Of a stretch of 64,000 nucleotides of DNA, positions 56,663 to 64,000 are shown piece by piece. The notes beneath the pieces are model-generated. The model was not told the origin of the DNA, did no database searches, and saw only the letters and a program-made list of their open reading frames with translations. How positions within the stretch are numbered: position 1 is the stretch's first letter; each line of letters begins with the position of its first letter. The translations under genes and the position numbers were made by a program. The stretch comes from an uncultured Elusimicrobia bacterium (GTDB taxonomy: Bacteria > Elusimicrobiota > Elusimicrobia > UBA1565 > UBA9628). The DNA is taken from the NCBI GenBank assembly GCA_964537395.1, contig CAZIBN010000001.1, positions 986-64,985 on the forward strand, written 5' to 3'.

Positions 56663-57852
56663 ATGAGGCCGAGCTCGCGGCCGACCTTGCCGAACTTCTC
56701 GAGCGCGAAGTCGATGTCCTTGGCCGTGTGCCCGGACGACACGATCGTGCGCAGGCGGTCCTTGCCCCGGCCCACGATCGGGAAGCAGATGGCGAGCGCG
56801 AACACCCCCTCTTCGAACAGGCGGGCGGAGAATTCCTGAGCCTTCTTGGTGTCGCCGATGAGGACGGGGGTGATGGGGGTTTCCGAAGCGCCGGTGTTGA
56901 AGCCGAGCTTCTTGAGACCGTCCTTGAGATGGGCCGCGTTCTGCCACAGCTTTTGAATGCGCTGGGGCTCGTCGAGCATCACGTCGATGGCGGCGGCGCA
57001 GGTGGCGATCACCGACGGCGGGTGAGAGCTCGAGAAGGTGAAGGGGCGCGCGGTCGAGATCAGGTAGTCGATGAGGCGCTTCTGGCCCGCGACGTAGCCG
57101 CCGACCGAGCCGACGGCCTTGGAGAGCGTGCCGATCGAGACCTGGATGCGGTCGGCGACCTTGAAGTGGTTCGGCGTGCCGCGCCCGTTCTCCCCCATCA
57201 CGCCGGACGCATGGGCGTCATCCACCATGACGAACGCCTCATATCTCTCGGCGAGCTCGACGATCTCCGGCAATGGAGCCAGATCGCCGTCCATTGAAAA
57301 GACACCATCCGTCACGATCATGCGCCGGCGGGTTCCCGCCGACTCCTTGAGAATAGCCTCGAGCGCCTTCATGTCCTTGTGCGGGTACACCTTGCGCGCG
57401 GCCTTGGCCAATCGCGCTCCATCGATGATGGAGGCGTGGTTGAGCTCGTCGGAGATCAGCAGATCCTTGGGGTCGCTCATCAGGCTCTGGCAGCAGGCGA
57501 CGTTGACGGTGAAGCCAGACTGGAAGACGAGTGCTGACTCGGTGCCCTTGAACCTGGCGAGCTTCTGCTCGAGCGCCAGGTGCAGGTCCTGCGTGCCGAT
57601 GATCGGGCGCACGGCGGCGGTGCCGACGCCGTGGCTGTCGATGGCGGCCTTCGCCGCGGCCTTCAGCTTCGGATGCCCGGTCAGATCCAGATAATTGTTG
57701 GACGTCAGGTTCACGACCTTCTTGCCGTCGATGATGGAGACCGGCGCCTGGTGGCCCGTCAACACGCGCAGCTTCACGAAACGGCCCTCGGCCTTGAGCT
57801 GGGCGATCTCGGCATCGAGGAAATCCATCAAACCGTCGGTCTTAGTCGTCAT
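56659..57852 (-). CDS. kbl: Glycine C-acetyltransferase (2-amino-3-ketobutyrate CoA ligase)
   Basis: NNYLDLTGHP, HASIIDG, PLP lysine GTLSKA. tdh lies nearby. Start at M54 of the ORF-track frame, with TATAAT 6 nt upstream. Confidence 0.8.
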   Translation of the reverse strand: MTTKTDGLMDFLDAEIAQLKAEGRFVKLRVLTGHQAPVSIIDGKKVVNLTSNNYLDLTGHPKLKAAAKAAIDSHGVGTAAVRPIIGTQDLHLALEQKLARFKGTESALVFQSGFTVNVACCQSLMSDPKDLLISDELNHASIIDGARLAKAARKVYPHKDMKALEAILKESAGTRRRMIVTDGVFSMDGDLAPLPEIVELAERYEAFVMVDDAHASGVMGENGRGTPNHFKVADRIQVSIGTLSKAVGSVGGYVAGQKRLIDYLISTARPFTFSSSHPPSVIATCAAAIDVMLDEPQRIQKLWQNAAHLKDGLKKLGFNTGASETPITPVLIGDTKKAQEFSARLFEEGVFALAICFPIVGRGKDRLRTIVSSGHTAKDIDFALEKFGKVGRELGLI

Positions 57853-57858
57853 GCCGCG

Positions 57859-57870
57859 ATTATATAGAAT
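57859..57870. promoter_or_regulatory. Abutting divergent -10 boxes in a 25-nt intergenic gap
   Basis: TATAAT (minus, 57864..57859) lies 6 nt before the kbl ATG. TAGAAT (57865..57870) lies 7 nt before ATG 57878. Confidence 0.5.
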
Positions 57871-57877
57871 GTACGCC

Positions 57878-59380
57878 ATGAAACGCATCGATGCGGCCTC
57901 GGCCTTTCTTCTGGCCCTGTGCCTCGTCGGGCTGCTGGCCAAGCTGTCGGGCGTGCCCGCGATATCCCTCGACGAAGCCTGGATCGGCATGCTGGCCACG
58001 CGCCTGCGCAACCTCGGGGCCTACACGCCGCACCAGATGAACCCCTACACGGGCCCGCTGTACGCCTGGCTCGTGGCCGCGTGTTTCACCGCGAGGGACG
58101 TGACCCTGGAAAGCCTGCGCCTGCCGGGCGCCCTTCTCAACGCCGCCGCGCTCACGGGCATCTGGCTTCATCTGCGCCGGCGCGTCTCACCGGAAGCGGC
58201 GATGTCCTGGGTCCTGCTGTGCGCGGGCTCGGCATATTTCCTGATGAAGTCGCGCCTGGCGTGGGAGGTGTACGCGCTGCACCCGATACTGATCCTCGGC
58301 ACGCTCGCCATCCTGGCCCGGCCGGGCGGCACGGCCGGCCTCGTGGCCCTTACCATGCTCGGCGTGCAGAACCATTTCATCTATCTCTCGATCCCCGCCT
58401 CGCTGGTCGTGCTCTTTGGGGCGAGGGCGGCCTGGCGCGGCGAAAAGGAAGCCGAGAGCCGCCTGAAGGACTCTGTCTCGGCGCTTGCGGCCGGCGCCGT
58501 CCTGGCGCTCGTGAAGTTCCCCCTCACCGACGCGCTGTGGGTCGCGCACCGCCCGACGTTGCTCGCCGCGCTCATCCTCCTTCCCGTTCTGGCCGCGGCC
58601 GCCATCCGGCGCGTGCCCATCGAGATCCTGCTCCTGCCGTTCACGCGCGCCCGCAGAGAGCTTTCGATCTTCCTGGCGCTGACGATCGCCGCCTTCGTCG
58701 TGTGGCATCTCATCCCGCTCGTCCAGATCTTCGCGGGGCCGGTCGTGTTCAAACGCCTGTTCTCCTATGACATGCCTTTGGCGCTGGCCGCGCCGCTTCT
58801 TCTATGGGGCCTCTTCCTGGCCGGCCTGCTCGCCTGGAACTGCGTGCGCGCATGGCACGACGAGAGCCTGAGCTTCCACGAGCGCACCTTGCTCCTGTGG
58901 CCCGCCGCCTTCGCGGCGGTGTTCATCCTCATACGGCACACGAGCTCCCTGCGCTACTACTCCCTGCCGGCGCTGCTCGGCACGCTCGCGCTGTCGGCCG
59001 CCCTGCCGCGGCTCGCACGCGCGGACAAGCACCGCATCTACCGCTGCGCGATAGCGGCGGCGTTCGTGACGCAGATCTTCCTGCTGCGCGAGATCGGCTC
59101 GCCCGGCGACCGCCGTCCGCTGAACTTCCGCATCGGCTGGCGGAAGGAGAACTCCAAGGATTTCTCGCGCAAGGAGGGCCTGTTCGCCGCCTTCGACGCC
59201 GCGCGCGCCTGCGGGATCGCGCACGCGGAGCGCAGCTTCACTGCGCTCCCCCTCTTTTTCCACAGCACCGCAACTCCGAACCCGGGATGCGACAGCGCTC
59301 TCGCCTTCGACGCGGACCAGTGCCCGGAGTGCCCGGCCGCGCCCTACTACCGGTGGTCCGTCGTGCCCGTCGCGAAGTAG
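57878..59380 (+). CDS. Polytopic membrane glycosyltransferase-like protein (ArnT/PMT, GT39/83-like)
   Basis: About 12 TM helices. An early-loop DE motif (ISLDEAWIG). Confidence 0.65.
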   Translation: MKRIDAASAFLLALCLVGLLAKLSGVPAISLDEAWIGMLATRLRNLGAYTPHQMNPYTGPLYAWLVAACFTARDVTLESLRLPGALLNAAALTGIWLHLRRRVSPEAAMSWVLLCAGSAYFLMKSRLAWEVYALHPILILGTLAILARPGGTAGLVALTMLGVQNHFIYLSIPASLVVLFGARAAWRGEKEAESRLKDSVSALAAGAVLALVKFPLTDALWVAHRPTLLAALILLPVLAAAAIRRVPIEILLLPFTRARRELSIFLALTIAAFVVWHLIPLVQIFAGPVVFKRLFSYDMPLALAAPLLLWGLFLAGLLAWNCVRAWHDESLSFHERTLLLWPAAFAAVFILIRHTSSLRYYSLPALLGTLALSAALPRLARADKHRIYRCAIAAAFVTQIFLLREIGSPGDRRPLNFRIGWRKENSKDFSRKEGLFAAFDAARACGIAHAERSFTALPLFFHSTATPNPGCDSALAFDADQCPECPAAPYYRWSVVPVAK

Positions 59381-59410
59381 CGCCGGTCCGGGGACGATAT
59401 GTGCTCTGCG

Positions 59411-59440
59411 AAAGTATGTCTACTATTATAGACATACTTT
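59411..59440. terminator. TGTCTA-N6-TAGACA palindrome, copy 3 (12-6-12 perfect hairpin between convergent genes)
   Basis: aaagtatgtcta ctatta tagacatacttt, followed by a T on the plus strand (TTTT with the stem end). Confidence 0.6.
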
Positions 59441-59471
59441 TGAGACAGCCTATAAGCCCCCGCCAGCCGGG

Positions 59472-60086
59472 TCACTCCGGCATCTGATAATTGAACGACG
59501 GGGGACCTTCGACGGGAAGAAGCTCCCATAGATCCTCAAGCGCGACCGCGCGGACCGCCTCGCGGCGCGAGAGGACCCGAACGGCCAATTCCAGGGACCA
59601 GCGCTCGTTCATGAGGGCGGCAAGCCCGCGCACCGCGTCGCCGAGGGCGCGGCGGCCGCCCGAAGCTTCGACAGCGACCAATTCAAGGGTCTGCCCCGGC
59701 GCGAGACGGCCCTTCGCCGCCGCGCCGGCAATGAGCACGGCCGCGGCCTTGCCGCGCAGGGCCTTGCGGATCGCGTCGGCGACGGCGTCGGCGTGCTCGG
59801 CTTCGCGCTCCAGAAGAGGCAGCAGAACCTCCAACATGAGCCAGCGCCGGCGGTCGAGCCGCCACTGGTCCGAGCGGCCCGCGGGACGCCGCTCGACGAG
59901 CCCGAGCTTCGCCAGCGCCGCGAGCGCCACGGAGGCGCCCTGGTGGTTGATGCCGGCGATGCGCGCGAGCGCCCGACCCGACAGCGGAGACTTCGAGCGG
60001 AACAGCGCCCTAAGCACTGCCAGGCGGCTGGGAGCGGACAGGACCGCGTCCAGCGGGCGAGCGAGGTGGCCTTTCAGGTAGATCAT
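59472..60086 (-). CDS. Winged-helix (MarR-like) protein with degenerate nucleotidyltransferase-like C-domain
   Basis: SRLAVLRALFRSKSPLSGRALARIAGINHQGASVALAALAKLGLVER. Confidence 0.55.
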   Translation of the reverse strand: MIYLKGHLARPLDAVLSAPSRLAVLRALFRSKSPLSGRALARIAGINHQGASVALAALAKLGLVERRPAGRSDQWRLDRRRWLMLEVLLPLLEREAEHADAVADAIRKALRGKAAAVLIAGAAAKGRLAPGQTLELVAVEASGGRRALGDAVRGLAALMNERWSLELAVRVLSRREAVRAVALEDLWELLPVEGPPSFNYQMPE

Positions 60087-60098
60087 GAGCCCAGTGCG

Positions 60099-61121
60099 CT
60101 AGGGGACGAAGACGACCTTGCCGCAATCGCGCGCGGGAGAGGTCATCGCGGCGAAGCCCGCCGCGTAGTCCTTCAGAGGGAACGTGTGCGTCACGACGGG
60201 CTTCAGATCGATGGTGCCGGAACGGAGGAGGCGGTCGGCCTTGTACCAGGTCTCGAAGATCTCGCGCCCGACAATGCCGTGCACGCGCACGCCCTTGAAG
60301 ATCAGGTCGTTGGCCCAGTCGAGCTCGATCTTCTTCGAGGGGATCCCGAACGCGGTGATGCGGCCTCCGCTGCGCACGCACTTGAAGGCCTGAGTGATGG
60401 CCTCCTGCGCGCCGGACATCTCGCAAACGACGTCGTACCCGTCCTTCACCTTGCCGGCCTTGATCGGGTCCTCGCCTGGCGACACGACGGTCGTAGCTCC
60501 CATCCGGATCGCGAGCTCGGCGCGGTACTTCGAGCCCTCGACCGCGATGATGCGGTCCGCGCCCGAGGCCTTCGCGACGGCGATCGAGAACAGGCCCTGC
60601 GGGCCGCAGCCCATCACCAGCACCGACTTCGCGGCGACGGGCTCGACGAGCACGGAGTACACCGCGTTGCCGAAGGGCTCGAATAACGAGCCGAGATCTC
60701 TCAATGAGTCGTCGCTGTGCTTCCACGCGCAGCGCGCGGGCACGGCCGCGTACTCGCCAAAGCCCCCGGGGCCGTCCACGCCGATGATCTTCATCTCCCG
60801 GCAGACATGTCGCTGGCCGTTCTGGCACTGGTAGCAGAGCCCGCAGAAGATGTGGCTCTCGACGGAGACGAAGTCGCCTATCTTGAAGTCGCGCGCCGCC
60901 GCGCCGACCTCGGCGATCGTGCCGCAGAACTCGTGGCCGAAGGTGCTCGGAGTTTTAAATCGCTCTGGCGCCCACGAATTCCAGCCGTAGATGGGCAGGT
61001 CCGACCCGCAGATGGAGGCCCGGTGGACCTTCACGAGCACTTCGTCCGGCTTGATCTTCAGCTCGCCCATCGATTCATAGGCCGCGCCCGGCGCCGGCGA
61101 CTTCTTGATCAATGCTTTCAT
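60099..61121 (-). CDS. tdh: L-threonine 3-dehydrogenase
   Basis: ICGSDL, GHEFCG, CGLCYQCQNGQRHVC, VMGCGPQG. Confidence 0.85.
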   Translation of the reverse strand: MKALIKKSPAPGAAYESMGELKIKPDEVLVKVHRASICGSDLPIYGWNSWAPERFKTPSTFGHEFCGTIAEVGAAARDFKIGDFVSVESHIFCGLCYQCQNGQRHVCREMKIIGVDGPGGFGEYAAVPARCAWKHSDDSLRDLGSLFEPFGNAVYSVLVEPVAAKSVLVMGCGPQGLFSIAVAKASGADRIIAVEGSKYRAELAIRMGATTVVSPGEDPIKAGKVKDGYDVVCEMSGAQEAITQAFKCVRSGGRITAFGIPSKKIELDWANDLIFKGVRVHGIVGREIFETWYKADRLLRSGTIDLKPVVTHTFPLKDYAAGFAAMTSPARDCGKVVFVP

Positions 61122-61960
61122 TCGAAAAAGTTCCTCACGACGAAAAGCAGATTCTCCTTGCGCTCGCGTATGCGCCGGTAGAAGTACGGGAACCAGTGCG
61201 ACCCGTACGGGACGTAGATGCGCACCGTATGGCCCTGCTCACGCAGCTCGCGCGCGCGCTTGCCGCGGATGCCGTACAGCATCTGCAGCTCGTAATCGGA
61301 TTTAACGAGCCCCGCCGCGTCGAAGGCCTTCAGCGCCGCCGCGATGCGGGCGTCGTCGTGCGTCGCCATGGCCGGGAGCGGCGCCTTGGCGAGGATCGCC
61401 GAGCAGCGGTCGTAGCTGGCGTCCACCTCCTTCTTGTCCTGGAAGGCGACGGCCGCGGGCTCCTTGTAGGCGCCCTTGCACAGGCGCACGCGGGCCTTGC
61501 GCGCGACGGCGTCCTTGGAGTCCTGCTCGGTCCTCCGCAGGGCCGACTGAAGGACGATGCCCACGCCGGGGTGCTTGTCGTGGATGGCGTAGAACAGATC
61601 GAGCGTCTTCTGCGTCCACTGCGAGCCTTCCATGTCGATGCGCACGAAGGTCTTGAGGCGCTCGGCCTCCGTCACGATGCTCAGAAGGCTCTCCGTCGCC
61701 AGCTTCTCGTCGAAGGCGAGCCCGAGCTGGGTGAGCTTGAGCGAGATGTTCGCGTCCACGCCGGACTCGGCGAGGCGGCGCAGCATGTTCAGATTCTCGT
61801 CTCGCGCGGCGAGAGCGTGCGGCTGGTCGAGGCTGTCCTCGCCAAGGTTGTCGAGCGTGGCCTTGAGGCCGCCGGCGTTCAGCGCGCGGACGGCTTCGAT
61901 GGCCTCGGAGATATCATCGCCCGCAACGAAGCGGTGGGCCAGGAAGGTAAGCGCTCTCAT
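61118..61960 (-). CDS. Proline dehydrogenase (stand-alone PRODH)
   Basis: ISLKLTQLG, VRIDMEGS, RLCKGAYKEP. Confidence 0.8.
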   Translation of the reverse strand: MRALTFLAHRFVAGDDISEAIEAVRALNAGGLKATLDNLGEDSLDQPHALAARDENLNMLRRLAESGVDANISLKLTQLGLAFDEKLATESLLSIVTEAERLKTFVRIDMEGSQWTQKTLDLFYAIHDKHPGVGIVLQSALRRTEQDSKDAVARKARVRLCKGAYKEPAAVAFQDKKEVDASYDRCSAILAKAPLPAMATHDDARIAAALKAFDAAGLVKSDYELQMLYGIRGKRARELREQGHTVRIYVPYGSHWFPYFYRRIRERKENLLFVVRNFFE

Positions 61961-61973
61961 GCGCCCGATTCTA

Positions 61974-62351
61974 CTAGATGTTGAGGCGATCGAGCACGGA
62001 GCCCGACGAGCGGGAGAACATCAGGATCAGCCAGCCGATGAGAAAAAGGACCCCGCCGATCGGCGTCACCGCCCCCCACTTCCGTACGCCGGTGAGCGCG
62101 AGGATGTAGAGGCTGCCGGAGAACAGGACGATGCCGGCGGTGAAGCACCAGCCGGCCTTGCTCGGGCCGCGCACCGCCGCCAGGAGGAGCAACGCCAGCG
62201 CGTGATAGACCTGATAGCGCACGCCCGTCTCGAAGATGGCGAGCATGTCCGGCGTCAGCCGCGTTTTCAGCGCGTGCGCGCCGAAGGCGCCGAGGCCCAC
62301 GGCGAGAAACATGAATCCCGAGCCCATACGGACCCAGAGCTCGGGGTTCAT
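61974..62351 (-). CDS. DUF423 (YgdD/TMEM256-like) membrane protein
   Basis: 125 aa, 4 TM helices. GAFGAHALK and YHALALL. Confidence 0.7.
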   Translation of the reverse strand: MNPELWVRMGSGFMFLAVGLGAFGAHALKTRLTPDMLAIFETGVRYQVYHALALLLLAAVRGPSKAGWCFTAGIVLFSGSLYILALTGVRKWGAVTPIGGVLFLIGWLILMFSRSSGSVLDRLNI

Positions 62352-62354
62352 CGT

Positions 62355-63263
62355 TTACTCCGCGTCGAGCGGGTCGTTGACGAGGACGCCGTTCTGGTCG
62401 CGGCGGATCAGATGGAAGTAGGTCTGCAGTTCCTCGGCGCGCGGGTTTCCGAGCGCGATGATCGCGGCGGTGCGCATCTGGGGGTCGCGATCGCGCGTCG
62501 CGATCTCCTCGAGCATGTCCTTCTGCATCGAGCTCACGCGGTTGGAGTGCAGCAGGATCGCGGCCCGGCGCACCGCGGCCGGGGTGTTGGCGTTGCGCGC
62601 CAGGTCGTAGGCGAGGTCGCGGACGTCGTTGTAGCCCATCAAGCCGTACAGGCTCTTGAGGGCCTCGACGCGGGCGGCTTCGTCAGTGTCGCGACCGGCG
62701 ATGTTTATCAGGGCATCCTTGACGGGATTGCCGTTGACGAGGAACAAAGCCCAGATCGCGGCGAGGCGGACGGCCTGATTGTTCTCGCGCTGCGCGGCGT
62801 CGATCACATCATTGCGAACATCAGGGCGCTGGGAGGCTGCCCAGTAGAGAGACTTATAGGAGATCGCACGCAGGCCGATGTCGGCGCCGCGTTGCGCGTA
62901 GTCGAGCAGGGCCCGGTAAACGACGGGGTAGTTGGTGACGACGGAGAGCGTCTTCGCGGCCTCGCGGCGGACCGAGAGGTCTTCATTGCGGTTCTCGAAA
63001 ACCTCGATGACGCGGTCGCGAGTGCTGGTGCGCTGAGCCACCCACGCCTTCAGCGAGCGGACGGCCTGGCGGCGGACCTCGACGTCGCGGTCGCGCAGAA
63101 GCTCGAGGAGGGCATGCTCCTCGTTCCACGAGGCGACGACGAACTTCGCGGCGATCTGGGCCTGGCCGGCCGAAAGCGCGGAGGCGAAGGAGGCGTCGGA
63201 CGAAGGCGCCGCGAACGCGGACGAGGAGAGGACGCTAGCAACCAGCAAGGTTATGATATTCAT
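62355..63263 (-). CDS. Secreted HEAT-repeat protein
   Basis: Signal peptide MNIITLLVASVLSSSAFA. Repeated D..VR..A...L motifs. Confidence 0.7.
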   Translation of the reverse strand: MNIITLLVASVLSSSAFAAPSSDASFASALSAGQAQIAAKFVVASWNEEHALLELLRDRDVEVRRQAVRSLKAWVAQRTSTRDRVIEVFENRNEDLSVRREAAKTLSVVTNYPVVYRALLDYAQRGADIGLRAISYKSLYWAASQRPDVRNDVIDAAQRENNQAVRLAAIWALFLVNGNPVKDALINIAGRDTDEAARVEALKSLYGLMGYNDVRDLAYDLARNANTPAAVRRAAILLHSNRVSSMQKDMLEEIATRDRDPQMRTAAIIALGNPRAEELQTYFHLIRRDQNGVLVNDPLDAE

Positions 63264-63269
63264 GGTCCG

Positions 63270-63298
63270 ATTCTGACAAACCCCGGCGCCGAATTCAA
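63270..63298 (-). promoter_or_regulatory. Promoter TTGAAT-17-CAGAAT (TG-extended), leaderless geometry
   Basis: -35 at 63298..63293 and -10 at 63275..63270. ATG 63263 lies 6 nt downstream. Confidence 0.5.
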
Positions 63299-63317
63299 GA
63301 CCTGTGAAGGCCCAGTT

Positions 63318-64000
63318 CTAGCGGAGAGATTTCCAGAACTTATTGAAGTCGGCGGGCGGCTGAGCCTCGAAGCGCGCCGGGCGGCCCGTGAACGGGTGCT
63401 CGAAGGCGATGCGATAGGCGTGAAGCATGAGGCGCGGCGCCGAGGGCACTCCCTTTCGGTCGAACTCCGGGTCGCCCATCACGGGATGGCCGATATAGGC
63501 CAGGTGGGCGCGGATCTGGTGGGTGCGGCCGGTCAGGGGCTTCGCCTCGACCAGGGCCGCGATCTTCTTCTTGGTGACGACGCGAAAGGAGGTCTCGGCG
63601 GGCTTGCCCAGCGGCGTGACGATGATCTGGCGCTGGCCCAGCTCGCGGCCGATCGGGGCCTGGACGCGGGAGGTCGGAGGCGGGACGCCGCGGACGATCG
63701 CGCGATAGGTCTTGTCCATGTAGCGCTCCTTGAACATGTCCGTGATCGCGGCGTAGGTCTCGGGGTCCTTGGCGACGAGGAGCACGCCGCTCGTGGGACG
63801 GTCAAGGCGGTGGACGATGCCGCAGCGCGGCGTACCGGCCTTCAGGATGACCGGGCGGTGCACCTGCAGCTCGGCGGCGAGGTTCGTCTCGCGTCCGGCG
63901 CGCGCGGCCTCCGGGCTCTTGAGCCAGGAGTCTCCGAGCGGATGCATGAGCAGGCCGGAGGGCTTATTCAGGACGAGCAGGCGCTTGTCCTCGAAGAGCA
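63318..64000 (-). CDS. rluD: RluA/RluD-family pseudouridine synthase (5' end beyond window)
   Basis: The frame stays open upstream of the ORF-track Met: ...LFEDKRLLVLNKPSGLLMHP. Catalytic HRLDRPTSGVLLVAKD. Confidence 0.8.
   Translation of the reverse strand, partial: LFEDKRLLVLNKPSGLLMHPLGDSWLKSPEAARAGRETNLAAELQVHRPVILKAGTPRCGIVHRLDRPTSGVLLVAKDPETYAAITDMFKERYMDKTYRAIVRGVPPPTSRVQAPIGRELGQRQIIVTPLGKPAETSFRVVTKKKIAALVEAKPLTGRTHQIRAHLAYIGHPVMGDPEFDRKGVPSAPRLMLHAYRIAFEHPFTGRPARFEAQPPADFNKFWKSLR

Overview
GC-rich, densely coding bacterial chromosomal segment with about 66 CDS. I found no rRNA, tRNA, transposase, integrase or CRISPR array. Most genes are housekeeping: efp, rsmA, murC, mutY, valS, era, speA, ribD-ribE-ribBA-ribH-nusB, ligA, purH, kbl and tdh. 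They are interspersed with many two-component/REC genes, TPR/HEAT proteins and secreted hypotheticals. Notable content follows. (i) A translationally coupled minus-strand operon at 46.9-53.7 kb is my best candidate for an undescribed system, possibly making a prenylated peptide-derived cofactor or lipopeptide. It combines an unannotated 39-aa PqqA-like peptide gene, a PqqD/MftB-like chaperone, three paralogous PqqE/MftC-like radical SAM enzymes that lack SPASM cysteines, a MenA-type prenyltransferase and a polyprenyl-diphosphate synthase. (ii) Archaeal-type topoisomerase VI (top6B/top6A) is coupled to an XRE regulator. (iii) A c-di-GMP-I (GEMM-I)-like riboswitch precedes a three-lipoprotein operon. 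(iv) An AT-rich palindrome, TGTCTA-N6-TAGACA, recurs at three gene ends. (v) At least 16 genes show leaderless-type promoter geometry, with a -10 hexamer 6-7 nt before the start codon. (vi) Enzymes that are normally cytoplasmic (PPK2, class III cyclase) carry signal-peptide-like N-termini, and a secreted protein has PARP/DT-like H-Y-E motif spacing. All functional calls come from reading translations and motifs by eye; no database search was run.
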